Below, in pieces: positions 25,481 to 36,000 of a stretch of 64,000 nt of DNA. Source of the DNA: Bacteroidales bacterium (GTDB taxonomy: Bacteria; Bacteroidota; Bacteroidia; Bacteroidales; SZUA-534). Within the stretch, counting starts at the first letter, position 1; each line of letters opens with the position of its first letter. The position numbers were made by a program, and so were the translations under genes. Under the pieces are notes generated by a model, which saw only the letters and a program-made list of their open reading frames with translations, was not told where the DNA came from and ran no database searches. The DNA lies in assembly GCA_045640185.1 (NCBI GenBank), contig JAZUEN010000020.1, positions 114,681-178,680 of the forward strand, read 5' to 3'.

Positions 25481-28195
25481 TTACCTCTTCAATGCCTTCA
25501 GTTGCTCGTCGATAGCCTTTATCTTGGCTTCGGCATCGGCCTGCTTCTTTCGTTCGTTCTCGACAACAGCCGCAGGTGCCCCGTTTACAAACTTTTCGTT
25601 GGAAAGTTTTTTCATTACAGAGGCAAGGAATCCTTCAAGATAGGTGCGGTCGGCAGTGAGTTTTGCCACTTCGGCCTCAACATCGATGTTGCTGCCGAAC
25701 GGAATGTAGAATTCGCTGGTTTGAACCATAAATGCGACTGTTTCCTCAACCTTCTGGCTTACAACTTCAATGCTCTCAATGTTGCCCATCTTTGTCAAGA
25801 CATCGTTGAATTCGGCATTGTAGCCTTTGTTTCCTGGATTGACATACAATTTTATCGACTCCTTGTTAGGAATATTCTTTTCCTTGCGGACAGTACGTAT
25901 TTCGGCAATTATCTGCTTTGCGTCCTCAAACCTGTCGAGATAATTCTCGTCGAACTTGCCTGTTTCTGGCCAACTTGCGACTATAAGGCTGTCTTCTGTC
26001 TTGCGTTCCTTCATTGTCTGCCAGATTTCCTCGGTTGTGAACGGCATAAACGGATGCAACAGTTTAAGCATTTTCTCAAACAGTTCGGTTACGGCATTGT
26101 AAGTTTTTGCGTCGCAAGCGGTCTGATATGCTGGCTTCACCATTTCAAGGAACCAGGCTGAGAATTCGTCCCAGAACAGGCGGTAAACAGTCATCAATGC
26201 CTCTGACAGGCGGAACTTGTCGAAGTGGTCGTTGAGCAGAGCGACAGTGCTGTTCAGTTTTTGGTTGAACCACTCGATTGCGATGCGAGCAGAGTCGGGC
26301 TGTGGCAGTTTGTCGTCAACATCCCAATTGTATACTAGGCGGAACGCGTTCCAAATCTTGTTTGCGAAATTGCGGCCTTGCTCTGGCAGAGAATCGTCGT
26401 AAAGCAAGTCGCCACCTGCAGGCGAACATAGCAACATTCCGACACGTACACCGTCTGAACCGTATTTTTTCATCAGTTCGATTGGGTCGGGCGAGTTGCC
26501 AAGCGTCTTGCTCATCTTGCGTCCCAACTTGTCTCGGACAATGCCTGTGAAATATACGTTGCGGAAAGGCACATCTTTCATATACTCCTCGCCTGCCATG
26601 ATCATTCGGGCAACCCAGAAGAATATGATATCAGGACCTGTAACCAAGTCGCACGTCGGATAGTAGTAGTTGATTTCCTCGTTGCCAGGAGTGTTGATAC
26701 CGTCAAATAGCGAGACTGGCCACAACCAAGAAGAGAACCACGTGTCGAGTGCATCCTCGTCGTGCTTCAACTGCTCGGCTGTAATATTCTCGTATCCCTT
26801 AATCTTCTTTGCTTCAGCCAATGCTTCGTCGGCATTCAGCGCCACAACAAACTTTTCTTCCTCGCCTTCGGCTGTTGGCAGGAAGTAGGCAGGAATGCGA
26901 TGTCCCCACCAAAGTTGACGGCTGATGCACCAATCCTGTATGTTCTCGAGCCAGTTACGGTATGTCGATACGTACTTGTTTGGATGGAACTTGATTTTGC
27001 CCTCAAGGACTGGTGGCAATGCTATGTCGGCGAAATGCTTCATACTTAGGAACCACTGCTTGCAAAGCCGAGGCTCGACGGCTGTGTCCTGATTGCGTTC
27101 GCTGTATCCCACCTTATTGTCGTAATCCTCAATCTTCTCCATCAGACCAGCATTCTGAAGGTCGATGGCAATCTGTGTGCGGACTTCCATACGGTCCTGA
27201 CCTACATACAAGACGCCTGCTTCGGCAATTGTTCCGTCAGGATTGAAAATGTCGATTGTCTCAAGTTTGTGAGCCTGACCCAAAGCATAGTCGTTTGCAT
27301 CGTGCGCAGGAGTGACTTTCAAGCAACCTGTACCAAATTCGATATCTACATAACGGTCCTCAATTACAGGAATCACACGCCCAACCAATGGGACAATGAC
27401 CTTGTGTCCACGCAACCATTGGTTTTTCGGGTCTTTAGGGTTGATGCACATTGCCGTATCGCCCATAATTGTCTCGGGACGTGTTGTTGCAACAACTGCG
27501 TAATATCCCTTTTCGTCCTTGTGCAATATTTCGCCTTCAGCGCCTGTCGGCTTTACCGGATTTTCAGCGGCATCGGCGACATAGTAGCGCAAGTAGAAAA
27601 GTTTGCTCTTCTCTTCACGGTAGATAACCTCCTCGGTACTTAATACGGTTTGCGCCTTTGGATCCCAGTTCACCATGCGCAAGCCACGGTAAATCAGGCC
27701 TTTCTTATACAAATCGACAAACACCTTCAGTACTGACTCGCTACGCAGTTCGTCCATAGTGAACGCCGTACGGTCCCAGTCGCACGAGGCGCCAAGTTTT
27801 TTCAGCTGCTCAAGGATTACACCTCCGTGCTCCTCTTTCCATTCCCAAGCGTATTTCAGGAATTGCTCGCGGGTGAGGTCACGTTTCTTGATGCCTTCCT
27901 TTGCAAGTTTGTTCACAACCTTTGCCTCGGTTGCTATTGATGCGTGGTCGGTGCCAGGCACCCAGCAGGCATTCATGCCCATCATACGGGCACGGCGCAC
28001 CAGAATATCTTGAATTGTATTGTTGAGCATATGGCCCATGTGCAACACGCCTGTCACATTTGGTGGCGGGATGACAATGGTATATGGCTTACGTTGGTCT
28101 GGAGTTGAATGGAAAAACTTGTTGTCCATCCAGAATTTGTACCACTTTTCTTCGGTGGCTGCAGGATTGTAGTGTGTGTCAAGTTCCTGTTTCAT
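25481..28195 (-). CDS. valS: Valine--tRNA ligase
   Basis: The class I motifs are present: HIGH-type [13 protein letters not shown] and KMSKS-type [10 protein letters not shown]-terminal coiled coil is also present. The start is at ATG 28195 ([11 protein letters not shown]...). Confidence 0.95.
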   Translation of the reverse strand: MKQELDTHYNPAATEEKWYKFWMDNKFFHSTPDQRKPYTIVIPPPNVTGVLHMGHMLNNTIQDILVRRARMMGMNACWVPGTDHASIATEAKVVNKLAKEGIKKRDLTREQFLKYAWEWKEEHGGVILEQLKKLGASCDWDRTAFTMDELRSESVLKVFVDLYKKGLIYRGLRMVNWDPKAQTVLSTEEVIYREEKSKLFYLRYYVADAAENPVKPTGAEGEILHKDEKGYYAVVATTRPETIMGDTAMCINPKDPKNQWLRGHKVIVPLVGRVIPVIEDRYVDIEFGTGCLKVTPAHDANDYALGQAHKLETIDIFNPDGTIAEAGVLYVGQDRMEVRTQIAIDLQNAGLMEKIEDYDNKVGYSERNQDTAVEPRLCKQWFLSMKHFADIALPPVLEGKIKFHPNKYVSTYRNWLENIQDWCISRQLWWGHRIPAYFLPTAEGEEEKFVVALNADEALAEAKKIKGYENITAEQLKHDEDALDTWFSSWLWPVSLFDGINTPGNEEINYYYPTCDLVTGPDIIFFWVARMIMAGEEYMKDVPFRNVYFTGIVRDKLGRKMSKTLGNSPDPIELMKKYGSDGVRVGMLLCSPAGGDLLYDDSLPEQGRNFANKIWNAFRLVYNWDVDDKLPQPDSARIAIEWFNQKLNSTVALLNDHFDKFRLSEALMTVYRLFWDEFSAWFLEMVKPAYQTACDAKTYNAVTELFEKMLKLLHPFMPFTTEEIWQTMKERKTEDSLIVASWPETGKFDENYLDRFEDAKQIIAEIRTVRKEKNIPNKESIKLYVNPGNKGYNAEFNDVLTKMGNIESIEVVSQKVEETVAFMVQTSEFYIPFGSNIDVEAEVAKLTADRTYLEGFLASVMKKLSNEKFVNGAPAAVVENERKKQADAEAKIKAIDEQLKALKR

Positions 28196-28228
28196 TTCTG
28201 TTTTGTTTAATTCCCTTAAAAAGAATTG

Positions 28229-28236
28229 CAAAAATA
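28229..28236 (-). promoter_or_regulatory. Bacteroidota -7 promoter box (TATTTTTG) for valS
   Basis: The minus strand reads TATTTTTG, 34 nt upstream of the valS ATG. Confidence 0.45.
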
Positions 28237-28427
28237 GCAATTGCCATTAGCCGACAAGCAAATAATTTGAAAATGTTGTGTTAATTGATGAATAACGGCT
28301 AGTGGCGCAGCCCTAAAATCGACATTTTTGGCGCGAATCACATTTTTATGAAAAAAAATCCGTTTAATAGTGCAACCTTTATGTCGAAGGTGCATCTATA
28401 GAATGTGAAATTTAAATATTTGAGAAT

Positions 28428-28871
28428 ATGAAAAGAAAACTTTTATGGGCATTTGCCGCATTGCTTTCAGTTGGCGCACTTACATCGTGCGAAGACGACT
28501 CGCATACCTTACGCGACGAAATGTCGGAAGACATTGACTGGTACTCGAAAAAAATCACCGTTAAATCGGACGACTGGGTGTTGCACAGCAACCGCGACAA
28601 TGACAACATTTACTATTATGCCGACATTAAGGTTTCTGAACTGACTGGCTCAATCTGCAAAGGTGGCATAATTTGCTGCTACCTGTACGAGGACAATGCA
28701 CAAACACAATTGCCTTGCACACGGTACTATCAAGACTCGGACCAGAACTACTGGTCAAAGACCATCGACTACGACTTCTACAAGGGTGGAATAACCATTT
28801 ACGTCACCGACAGCGAGTTCTACGATGAAAATCCCGGCGACATGGAATTCCGGCTGGCCTTCATCTATTGA
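28428..28871 (+). CDS. Lipoprotein, unknown function
   Basis: Lipobox signal MKRKLLWAFAALLSVGALTSC followed by EDD. 147 aa. Confidence 0.55.
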   Translation: MKRKLLWAFAALLSVGALTSCEDDSHTLRDEMSEDIDWYSKKITVKSDDWVLHSNRDNDNIYYYADIKVSELTGSICKGGIICCYLYEDNAQTQLPCTRYYQDSDQNYWSKTIDYDFYKGGITIYVTDSEFYDENPGDMEFRLAFIY

Positions 28872-28878
28872 TGAATTG

Positions 28879-29982
28879 TCATTTTGCAAACCTATGTACT
28901 ACAAAGTCGGGATGCAAGACCATCACGAAGGCGTAGGTGTAGTCAAATGCCGAATTGCGGATGTCGTAAAAGCCTTGAGCGCATAGCGTCATCGAGAAAT
29001 AATCATTGAAACGCTTGGTCAAGTTCAGTTCTGATGTCAAGACCGAGCGTTTCTTTTGGTAATTGCCCTCCTCGTACGATTGGCACTGATACATCGGATT
29101 GCCAAATCTCGACAGGAACCCGTCGGCATACCAATAGCCAACACCAAGACTGCCATAGCCAAACATTGCCTTTATCTCCGACAAAGAGCCCCATCCACCT
29201 TCATAAAGAGATTCGGGGGTTGGCGAGAAATCCTTGAATCCAAGCACTTGCGAGCTGATGCTTATCCGGTTCACGAAGCCTGTCCGTAATACGGAGAAAC
29301 GCAAACCGCCTGACACATTGTAAAGCAGTTTCATGTTTGATGTGTCAATGTCAATCTGTCCGCCCTGATGGTAAATGCTCCAACTTGCAGGCGCTGCCAA
29401 TTCGACGTTGTCGCCTTTGATTATTTCACCTTCAACTGAAATTCCGCCAAAAATCTTTTCCTTCTTGTTGTCGCCGGCAAAGATGAAATCCTGCCAATCG
29501 ACCCACACGTCGGCGAACAGCTTGTCGGCATTGTACACAACCTGCATTCCGTTTTCATAGTTGTCGGTCAGCTGACGTTCGCTGTGCAAGATGGGCTCAG
29601 GCAACCGGTGGAACGAAGCACCGTTGATATTGCCCATGGTCACGGCCAGCTTTTCGTTGTGCCAAGTGACTGAATATACTGGCAAGCAGTCGGTATATTT
29701 ATCGAGACCGGAATATTTTGTCAGGCGGACACCCGCCTTCGCCTTTATGTTCTTCGTAAAATGGTACTCAAGAGCAGGCTGCAAATTGTAGCCAATCAAC
29801 GTGTAACCTTCAACAATGGGTCCAAAGAACTCATTGTTCCATAAAAAGTTATAGTTGTCAATGCTAAGATGCAGTGATGCGGAATCGGAAGCGAACAAAT
29901 GATTCACTTCATCAGTGTCACTGTAATATTGCGCATTGACAAACAATGGCAGAAGAAGGAGAAATGACGTGAAACGGCGCAT
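28879..29982 (-). CDS. Putative outer-membrane beta-barrel protein, unknown function
   Basis: Signal peptide MRRFTSFLLLLPLFVNAQ and an alternating amphipathic beta-strand pattern rich in aromatics and Gly. No family assignment is possible by eye. Confidence 0.45.
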   Translation of the reverse strand: MRRFTSFLLLLPLFVNAQYYSDTDEVNHLFASDSASLHLSIDNYNFLWNNEFFGPIVEGYTLIGYNLQPALEYHFTKNIKAKAGVRLTKYSGLDKYTDCLPVYSVTWHNEKLAVTMGNINGASFHRLPEPILHSERQLTDNYENGMQVVYNADKLFADVWVDWQDFIFAGDNKKEKIFGGISVEGEIIKGDNVELAAPASWSIYHQGGQIDIDTSNMKLLYNVSGGLRFSVLRTGFVNRISISSQVLGFKDFSPTPESLYEGGWGSLSEIKAMFGYGSLGVGYWYADGFLSRFGNPMYQCQSYEEGNYQKKRSVLTSELNLTKRFNDYFSMTLCAQGFYDIRNSAFDYTYAFVMVLHPDFVVHRFAK

Positions 29983-30026
29983 TGGATTGTATGTTTGTTA
30001 TTCTGTGTTCAACCTGTCAGACATTT

Positions 30027-31055
30027 CTAGAACAGCGAGCCTTGTTGCGCATCTTCCTGACGGAAACGGCCAAGATGGCGGTATGCCTTCTCTGTCGCCT
30101 CACGGCCACGCGGGGTGCGCTTTATGAATCCTTCCTGAATTAGGAACGGCTCATACACTTCCTCAACTGTGCCAGCATCCTCGCCTACTGCGGTTGCAAT
30201 GGTTGTAATGCCGACCGGCCCGCCCTTAAACTTGTCGATAATTGTAGTAAGTATGCGGTTATCCATCTCGTCGAGTCCGTACTTGTCGATATTCAGGGCC
30301 TGAAGCGAGAATTGTGCGATTTCTAGGTCGATGCTGCCGTTGCCCTTGACTTGCGCAAAATCGCGGACACGGCGCAACAGTGCATTGGCGATACGTGGCG
30401 TTCCACGGCTACGCGACGATATCTCAAGTGCGGCATCCTCGCTTATGGGCACCTGCAGAATACCTGCCGAACGCTTCACAATCTTTTTCAGCGTTTCGGC
30501 ATCGTAATATTCAAAATGCAGATTGATTCCAAAACGGGCTCGCAACGGGCTTGTGAGCAAACCCGCCCTTGTTGTGGCGCCTACAAGCGTAAACGGATTC
30601 AGCGACAATTGGACCGAACGCGCGGCTGGCCCCTTGTCAATCATAATGTCGATGCGGAAATCCTCCATTGCCGAATAGAGATACTCCTCGACAACGGGAT
30701 TCAGGCGATGGATTTCATCGATAAAAAGCACATCATTTGGCTCTAGGCCGGTAAGTATTCCTGCAAGGTCGCCCGGCTTGTCCAAAACCGGCCCGGAAGT
30801 CACCTTGAAACCTACCCCAAGCTCATTGGCGACAATGTTTGCAAGTGTAGTCTTTCCTAATCCCGGAGGACCATTAAGCAGCAAATGGTCAAGCGGTTCG
30901 CCACGCATCTTGGCGGCGGCCACAAATATCTTCAGATTCTCAAGTATACGGGCTTGTCCGTTGAAATCGCTGAAAGTCAGCGGGCGCAACTTGTTCTCGT
31001 ACTCCTTGTCGGATATTATATTGGCGTTTTCGCGTATGTCAAAACTTTCGTCCAT
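30027..31055 (-). CDS. ruvB: Holliday junction branch migration DNA helicase RuvB
   Basis: [12 protein letters not shown], Walker [12 protein letters not shown], Walker [10 protein letters not shown], sensor ...GATTR.G.L..PLR.RFG, and C-terminal [15 protein letters not shown]. Confidence 0.95.
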   Translation of the reverse strand: MDESFDIRENANIISDKEYENKLRPLTFSDFNGQARILENLKIFVAAAKMRGEPLDHLLLNGPPGLGKTTLANIVANELGVGFKVTSGPVLDKPGDLAGILTGLEPNDVLFIDEIHRLNPVVEEYLYSAMEDFRIDIMIDKGPAARSVQLSLNPFTLVGATTRAGLLTSPLRARFGINLHFEYYDAETLKKIVKRSAGILQVPISEDAALEISSRSRGTPRIANALLRRVRDFAQVKGNGSIDLEIAQFSLQALNIDKYGLDEMDNRILTTIIDKFKGGPVGITTIATAVGEDAGTVEEVYEPFLIQEGFIKRTPRGREATEKAYRHLGRFRQEDAQQGSLF

Positions 31056-31110
31056 AGATGGGCAAGATAATGGAAAAATGGGAATACCTGTCGGTAACTG
31101 ATGACGTTTT

Positions 31111-31524
31111 TTATCGCTTTTTATCCTTGCTGTTCTTTTGTGGCTTTGTCAAGGCACCATCCTCAATGCTTTCTTTTGTCGAAATGGCGCTTTCGCTTTC
31201 GACTTCCATCTTTGTCAACTTCTCGATGACACTGTTGTATATGTTTTCGTAATCCGATACATGGTTGCTGTAATACTTCATGGTATTTAGGAACTGCTTT
31301 GGCGTAATGCCGTATTTGTCCAGCACGTACCCATATGCACCTTCTATCTTTTCGCGGTCACGGTCAATTCGATATCCGGTTATCGACAGGTAACCATCGG
31401 TAAGATGTATGTCGACAAGCACGTCGACAAGCTTGTCTTTTTTGATTTCTGGGCGGTCGCCTTCTTCGCGCGTGCAGCATTGCAATGATAAAGCCAACAC
31501 TATGAGTATGAAAAATCGGTTCAT
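31111..31524 (-). CDS. DUF4296-like lipoprotein
   Basis: Signal/lipobox [17 protein letters not shown]. The block [18 protein letters not shown]...[20 protein letters not shown] is typical of DUF4296. The start is at ATG 31524. Confidence 0.55.
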   Translation of the reverse strand: MNRFFILIVLALSLQCCTREEGDRPEIKKDKLVDVLVDIHLTDGYLSITGYRIDRDREKIEGAYGYVLDKYGITPKQFLNTMKYYSNHVSDYENIYNSVIEKLTKMEVESESAISTKESIEDGALTKPQKNSKDKKR

Positions 31525-31611
31525 CAAAAGTCTTTTTTCGGAATAAAATACAAACGCTATTATATGGCAATTGTTGCCAAGATGCAAGAGTGCCATGCCA
31601 AAAAAAATAAA

Positions 31612-31778
31612 GGGGGTAACCTATAAATTCCCCCGATTAATGATTTTTTTCAGAAGAGCCTATTCTGCAATCTTTTGCGGGCTTAAAATTTTGCCGTCAT
31701 CTTGCTCGGTCGCAATGTCCGTACAGCTACTTCGTCCAAGCCATCAGTCTGCCTGATAAAAAATCTTCAAAATCACTA
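31612..31778 (-). repeat. Intergenic repeat family, copy C (inverted orientation, compact core)
   Basis: Its reverse complement aligns end-to-end with copy A except for the 78-bp insertion. The hairpin GGGGG (31612-31616) / CCCCC (31630-31634) is flanked by an A-run and a T-run. Confidence 0.8.
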
Positions 31779-31841
31779 CATGGCGATTAATAGAAGTTCA
31801 TTAAACAACGGCCACCTTTTTTCGAGGTGGCCGCCGTTTGC

Positions 31842-32795
31842 TTATCTAATCTTTCTCTTCGATTTCGATTTTCTGATGTCCTCAAACTTGACCCCCAACA
31901 TTATTTCGTGGGAGCCATTGCTTGCCGAGCTCAATTTCGATATTGTAACATCGTATGAGTAGCCGATGTTAATCATGTCGTTATAGTTGTAGCCGACAAA
32001 CGCGATGATTGCTTCAGGATTCTTGAAATTATAGCGGAATCCGAGACCACCCCAAACCATTTTCTGGTATATCACACGGCAGTTGATATCGGTCATAAAG
32101 TCGTAATGAGGCACCGTCTTGATTAAGATGGATGGCTCAAGGTCGAAATTACGGTCGATGTTATACTTGTAGCCACCTTGAATATAGAAGTGCGGCTTGA
32201 CACGCGCATCCTTTACGATATAATCGTCGTCGTACTTGTCGAGCAACGACATGTTGTTGAAGAACAAGTGGTTGAAGGATATGCCTGCATAATACTGCGA
32301 AGTGTAGAGGTAAACACCCAATGACCCGTCGGGATACACCTTCTTGTAAACGGTATTTTGGAAGCCGTCTTCACCTTCGTTGAGCTCAACGTTGATATCT
32401 GTCAAGTCGACTTTCTGTTGGACAACACCTACAAACAAACCTGCAGAAATGCGGATGTCGCCGCTTATACGCAAGTTGTAGCTGTAAGAGCCGTAAGCTC
32501 CCATATTCCCGATTGGACCGGTAACATCGTTAAAGATGTAGCCACCATAGCCCATAGGCAACACCTTATGCGGACCATATCCACCTAGCATGTATGTCTG
32601 TGGAGCGTCTTTAACGCCAGCAAACTGATAACGGTAGTTTGTCTTAATCTGCCAATAGTCGTTTGTACCGCCAATTGCAGGGTTTAACACATACTCGTTA
32701 AACATGTACTGCGAGAACTGAGGCAGCAATTGTGCTTTGGCACTTGGAGCTATAAGTAAAGCTCCTGCAAACAAGGTTAAAATAATCCTCTTCAT
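31842..32795 (-). CDS. sprF: Type IX secretion system membrane protein PorP/SprF family
   Basis: Signal peptide, then the family-defining N-terminus QLLPQFSQYMFNEYVLNPAIGG. It is a roughly 317-aa beta-barrel-like protein lying 7 nt downstream of the type-B CTD cargo gene. Confidence 0.8.
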   Translation of the reverse strand: MKRIILTLFAGALLIAPSAKAQLLPQFSQYMFNEYVLNPAIGGTNDYWQIKTNYRYQFAGVKDAPQTYMLGGYGPHKVLPMGYGGYIFNDVTGPIGNMGAYGSYSYNLRISGDIRISAGLFVGVVQQKVDLTDINVELNEGEDGFQNTVYKKVYPDGSLGVYLYTSQYYAGISFNHLFFNNMSLLDKYDDDYIVKDARVKPHFYIQGGYKYNIDRNFDLEPSILIKTVPHYDFMTDINCRVIYQKMVWGGLGFRYNFKNPEAIIAFVGYNYNDMINIGYSYDVTISKLSSASNGSHEIMLGVKFEDIRKSKSKRKIR

Positions 32796-32802
32796 AGCTG
32801 TA

Positions 32803-33085
32803 TTACCTTAAAATTGTAACGGGTCCTGTAGTCTTCTTTCCACCTAGCACATCATCGCTACACTGGATGACGTAGTAATATGTGCCTGACGGAACCGGTT
32901 TGTCCTTTTCGTTTCTGCCATCCCATTGGTTTGCCGAGTAGTCGCGGCCACTTCCTGAGTACTGCCATACACGGCCACCCCAACGGTTGAATACATAGAT
33001 TGTAACTTTATCGTAAGATGACAAACCTTCAATTCTCCAGATATCGTTATGCCCATCGGCGTTAGGAGTGAACACCTCTGCCGGC
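32803..33085 (-). other. T9SS type-B (gliding-motility-associated) C-terminal sorting domain of the giant adhesin
   Basis: The last roughly 93 aa are EVFTPNADGHNDIWRIEGLSSYDKVTIYVFNRWGGRVWQYSG....ANQWDGRNEKDKPVPSGTYYYVIQ. Confidence 0.8.
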
Positions 33086-36000
33086 CTTATGCCGTTAAGA
33101 GAGTTGAGTCTGACGCTATCGTAGTAGTAGCATACCAATGTGGTATCGATGCTATATACGTTGAATGCCACGCTGTCGCGAACCTTAATCATCAGGTTGC
33201 CGTAAGGCTGTACTGCGATTGGATTGTCATTGAGTGTGCTCTCTGGCTTGATGCCTGCATTTGACGATTTGTCGTCAACTGGAGCGGCACCCCAAGTCCA
33301 ACCATTTTCAACATATATTGTCTCATTGAAATCAAATTCCAAATCATTGGCGTCAAGCTGTATCCTTGCGCCTTCAGCCACTTCGTAAACTCCATCTATC
33401 AGCAAGTCGCCAGGCCCTGCATCATCCATGGAGATGGTAGCCCTCAACTTGTAAACAGGGTTCATTGCAGTTGCCTTGATAGAATCGATATCCATACAAA
33501 TTCCATCTTTAGCCATGAAGTAGTAGTATGTTTCTGTTCCGTATGGCAAGAAGTTGTCAACCCAGCCTTTTTGTCCAGCACTTACGTTGTCACCCTCGCC
33601 AAACACTACATAAACTACGCCTCCAACTGTATCGAGCTTGTATTTAGGCGTTTCAACAACAGGGACAATCACTGTCGTGTCAACGCTGGCGGAATCGCCA
33701 GATATCGAATCGGCCGCATAGCGTATAGTCCTGAACCTGTTGATGTAAGCTAATGTCGAATCGGCAAATGTCGAATCAATGACAGTAGTGTCGGCAGGAG
33801 CAGGAGCTGTATCTACCGGTGAAACTATTGGCAATTCGGCTGGTTCTGCATTTTCGTCGTAAGCGGCATAGAACCTATAGCTGAATGGGGTGCTTGCTGT
33901 TACAAAAGCCGACAGCTCATTGTCAGGACAAGTGTAAACTGAAGTCTGGTTGTTGCCATTCATGTAGAATGCCGCTTCAGTGATACTAAAGTTGCTCTTG
34001 CTTGCAACTGTAGCTGTAAACTCTTGTGGACAAACCATGTCCTCGCCATAACCGACAGTTACTGTATATGTACCTGCCTCCAATCCCTTAAATACACCGG
34101 AATTATTAGGCTTCGATTCGCCGATTTTGTACCACAAATCATCAAGAGTTGTAGACTCCGAAGATGTAGAAAGAACTGTTTCCGATACTTGAGAGAATAC
34201 AAACGGATTAATCATGGCTTCCAGTATTATACCTCCATCAAGTGCCAACGTTCCATCTGCCTTCATGTTCAAGCAAGATGCATCAACAATTGAATCGCTA
34301 ACGGCAAAGCTTGGATAACGTGAACCTACAACAATATCAATAGGATCACTTTGGCAACCACCGTTATTCTCTTCAACTATGACTGAATACTTGCCCGAAG
34401 CAATGCCACTCAATGTTATTGGTGAAGCCTTGCCTTTAATGTCGAATATGCTGTCACCTACAAGGCAACTCTCAATATCTCTGCCTCCACATATAGAATC
34501 CAATGTTATAGTTGCTTCATTAGATGCCGAGCACATTGCACTTACAATATCTGTTATTTCAAATGTTATTTTATCTGGTTGAGTTACAACGAAAGTATCC
34601 ATCCTGACGCATGACGAGTCATCGACTACCTTGACAGAATATGTTCCGGCTTGCAACCCTGATATGCTGTTTGTCGAATCCCCAGTGCTCCACAAATACT
34701 TGAAATTAGTGCCATTCTTGCTTGTTGGACTCAAAGCAATTCCACCTTCTGGAACCTCAAAGCACCTCAAATCTGTAACCCCTGCATTTAAGACGAAATT
34801 CGAATTGTCAGGTATGCTGAAAATGCTATCCTGAACACACCCCTTATCATCTACAATGCGTAATTTATAGTTGCCAACTCCAATTCCTGATAGAGTGACA
34901 CCATTGTCAGAGTTCTTCACGGAGTCGGCAGTCCAAGATTCATTAGAGAAATTATATGTGAATGGCGCTTTGCCACCAATAGTTTTCAGGATTCGGATTG
35001 ATCCATTTGCAACATGGCAGTCTGAACCATCTGTAACAAACATTGTAGATATTCTATCTGATGGCTGTTCAACAAACAACGAATCAGTTATGCTTGCCCT
35101 TCCTTGGCGTTGCGATATGGTAAACACATACCATCCACCTTGAAGGTTTTCGATAGAGGCTGTCGTTGCTACAAAATCAGCAGGCCAATTGGCACTTGTC
35201 CACTTATATTGATAACCTTCGTAGTAGCCACCGACACCAACCACCTCAAGTGCGCCATTATTGCCACCGAAGCAAATGTTAGGCACGTTTTTGACAACTT
35301 GATATAGCAAAGGACGATGTTCAACGGCAATTGTCGTATCTACAGAGCAACCTGACAGATTTTCGTCTTCAATATGCAATGTATAGTAGCCTTCACAAAG
35401 CTTATTTATGGAAGTGGTTGTTTCTGTGTCATCACTCTCGATAGCGTTGCCATAGACATCACTCCATGCATATGAATAGTTGCCGATTCCGCCTGCAACC
35501 GAGACTACAAGCTCACCGTTGCAATTTGAATCTCCTCCATTTAGGTCAGGATAGTTTGCTACATTAGCGACACGCAATGCAAGCTCGTCAGTAATTACAA
35601 CTTCTTTAACCTTGCGACAACCATCCTGGTTTATTACAGTTACTGTATTTGTACCCAAGCACAAGCTGTTGGTGAAGCGACCATTATCGTTAGGATCGTT
35701 ATTCCAAATGAATTGCAAATTCGAGTCGTCGTCGTAAACATTGCCCGCGTCATCAAAGACATAACCTATGGTTGCCGAACCGGTGCAATAAGAAGCGCAT
35801 GGCACTGGAATAATATTCTTGATTTGGAAATCAAGTGTGCCATTATCATTAATCTCAATAGTATCGGCCACCGAGCATCCAAGTGCATCGATTATTTCCA
35901 ACCGATATATGTCGACACCCAAGTTGCTTGGATTAGCTTCATATGACACAATGTCATCACCAGTAAGTGTGCGCCAATAGTATGAATACTGCCCTACACC

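Noticed and set aside
25439-26161. 240-aa ORF on the plus strand
   Set aside because: It lies entirely antisense to the 3' part of valS, which is unambiguous (HIGH/KMSKS motifs), so it is a shadow ORF.
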